A stretch of DNA of 64,000 bases, taken from positions 106,551-170,550 of the forward strand of contig CAVTCR010000074.1 in the NCBI GenBank assembly GCA_963733195.1. Direction: 5' to 3'. This document shows positions 62,119 through 64,000 of the stretch, piece after piece. The DNA comes from an uncultured delta proteobacterium. GTDB taxonomy: Bacteria; Desulfobacterota; Binatia; Bin18. The notes under the pieces were generated by a model. It did not search any database. It was not told the origin of the DNA and saw nothing but the letters and a program-made list of their open reading frames with translations. The translations under genes were made by a program, and so were the position numbers. How positions within the stretch are numbered: the stretch's first letter is position 1; each line of letters starts with the position of its first letter.

Positions 62119-63936
62119 ATGAGTAATCGTCAGACTGTGAATACTGAACCGCAGCTCCCCATTGTGTATCACAAGACCGTGGAGATGCCGCTGTCACGGT
62201 TGCAGCCACACCCGTTGAATCGACCGGCAACCGGCATCAGCCGCCCACATATTGAAACCCTTAAAGCTCTCATTCAGCAAAATGGGTACAACGCCAGCCG
62301 ACCGTTAACGATACGACTACTTGGTGATGAATACCAAATCATCGAGGGACATCACCGGGTGATTGCAGCACAAGAACTTGGCTATGCGCTGTTGCCATGC
62401 GTGGTTGAGGATCTTGACGACGTTGCAGCAAGCCTCCGGCTGCTGACCAGTAACGAACAAGAAGGGAATCACCCACTCGATGTAGGATTGAATGCGCTCA
62501 AGAGTGGGCTGAGTGTCAGGGAGTTTGCCAAGAGAACGGGAGTCAGTAACAATTCTATTCAACGACGAATGGAAGCAGCCAAGGTTATTGATAGCTGTAC
62601 TGATAGCAGTACAGCAGGGTTGCAGGAACGATGGTCCCAATTAACGGAAATCCACGCGGCCCCCTCTTGGTCCTGGTCTGCCCTGGTGGAGAAGTTGCTA
62701 GAGGAGGAGTGGACGGTCGAGGGGACCCGCAAACAGGTCGCCCGGTTCAGTCAAGCTGCCCGCTGAGCTTCCTCCCTGGTTGGCTCTCCCCGCCATTGCC
62801 GCGATGCTCTTAGCTGATCACCAGAACCCTATCTCTGGGCTGCTCCAAGCAGAACACACCGCGCGCCAACGGATTCGAGAAGAATGAACTGGACGCTGAG
62901 CGGTTTCTTGCAGAGATAGACGACCTGTTACGTGAGCACACGTTTGCTGTGATCTCTACCCTCCAAGCGTCTCTTGATCCGATCCTCGCAGCGCAAGAGG
63001 ACCTCATGAAAGCCGCTCGGAAACAGGCGCATGACGAGCAACGCGAACGCGAAAGCCGGGCCACCCAGACCGCCCGTCTCCGGCGGGCATGTTCTCTTGC
63101 CGAATGGGAGGCTCTGCGTCCCGATGAACAAAAAGACCTGTTGACGTTCACTACGAGCACGACGACCACATTCAACAAACAAGAAAACGCCGACATTGAA
63201 TGGGCGCAATGGTCGTGGAATCCTATTAGTGGATGCAATCATGAGTGCAGTTATTGCTATGCTCGTCAGATTGCCAATCAGAAGCGCATGGAAAAAATCT
63301 ATCCGCATGGCTTCGCTCCGACGATCCATCCACACTCTTTGTTAGCCTGGCAGGGGCAGAAAGTGCCACAAGAAGCGGAGACCGATACGCGCTACCGCAA
63401 TGTGTTCACCGTGTCGATGGGGGATCTCTTTGGTCGCTGGGTGCCCACAGAATGGATTGAAGCGGTGCTCACGCAAGTTAAGGCAGCGGCGGAGTGGGAA
63501 CTTTTTGTTTTTGACCAAATTCCCTGGACGGATGACGGAATTTACCTATCCCAAGAATGCATGGCTGGGCACCTCGGTAGACCTGCAAGCCCGTGTGGCT
63601 GCGGCAGAGAAAGCCTTTGCGAAGGTTGAGGCTCCGGTTCGTTGGCTGTCCGTCGAGCCTATGCTGGAACCCTTACGGTTTAAGCACCTTGATCGCTTTC
63701 ATTGGCTGGTGATCGGCGGGGCATCACCGACAGATAAAACCCCTGCATGGAAACCCCCGTTTGCCTGGATCTATGACCTCGTGCAGCAGGCGCGGGATGC
63801 CGGGGTGAAAGTCTATTTCAAGAGTAATCTCCTGGGGAATCCGACCCGTATTCTGGAACTGCCCTTTGATGCACCTCTCACCCAGGACACCCTCCAGCTT
63901 CCTCCGGTCTTCAATTACCTGAAAGACGCGGCGTGA
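62119..63936 (+). CDS. ParB/Srx N-terminal domain + DUF5131 (phage Gp37/Gp68-like) protein, probably one frameshifted gene
   Basis: LQPHPLN, IIEGHHRV, HTH; then IEWAQWSWNPISGCNHECSYCYA, SMGDLFG, FLTK, WLSVEPML, WLVIGG, VYFK. Confidence 0.8.
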
Positions 63937-64000
63937 TCGCGCTCCTTGCACTGATCGGGCAGGATACGGACCTGCGCCGCTGAGGGAGGAGAAGCAGGAG

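Larger units (their letters stand above)
54529..64000. mobile_element. Phage-satellite/PICI-like integrative element (continues beyond window)
   Basis: int - regulator - xis/alpA - primase/DUF3987 - ori - terS gene order abutting tRNA-Cys. Confidence 0.75.

Noticed and set aside
54529-64000. Complete prophage
   Set aside because: No capsid, portal or tail genes in the window; gene order fits a satellite, though the element continues past the edge.

Overview
Moderately GC-rich bacterial window. The gene content and style suggest a Binatota/deltaproteobacterial-type genome (inference). It looks like a long-read assembly with many small indels. There are three parts. (1) 1-37.7 kb is a mostly minus-strand surface-biogenesis supercluster. 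It has a reduced type II secretion set (gspF-G-L-M-C/N-like-D), a TMTC-like GT-C/TPR protein, wzm, an FG-GAP lipoprotein and a small lipoprotein. A heavily frameshifted secreted-protein gene missed by the ORF track follows, with a strong RBS and its own terminator (candidate S-layer/major surface glycoprotein). Then come wzt, ~10 GT2/GT4 glycosyltransferases, methyl-/acetyl-transferases, a deacetylase, a priming sugar-phosphate transferase and an O-antigen-ligase/O-OTase-like gene. (2) 37.8-42.1 kb is housekeeping: LLM oxidoreductase, DHS-like protein, gmhA, an orphan 5S rRNA with tRNA-Gly(CCC), yacG and lpxA. (3) 42.1-64 kb is a tRNA-Cys(GCA) integration hotspot. On the tRNA 3' side are three tandem integrase-less cassettes separated by copies of the tRNA 3' end, with shared terminal motifs. 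Their cargo includes TA modules, IS6 elements, a STAND/TPR regulator module, a response regulator and a holin-family protein. On the tRNA 5' side is a phage-satellite-like element that runs off the window: integrase, Xis/AlpA, primase-DUF3987, duplicated palindromic ori, TerS, an ATPase-only TerL-like gene and ParB-DUF5131. All family calls come from motif recognition by eye, not from database searches.
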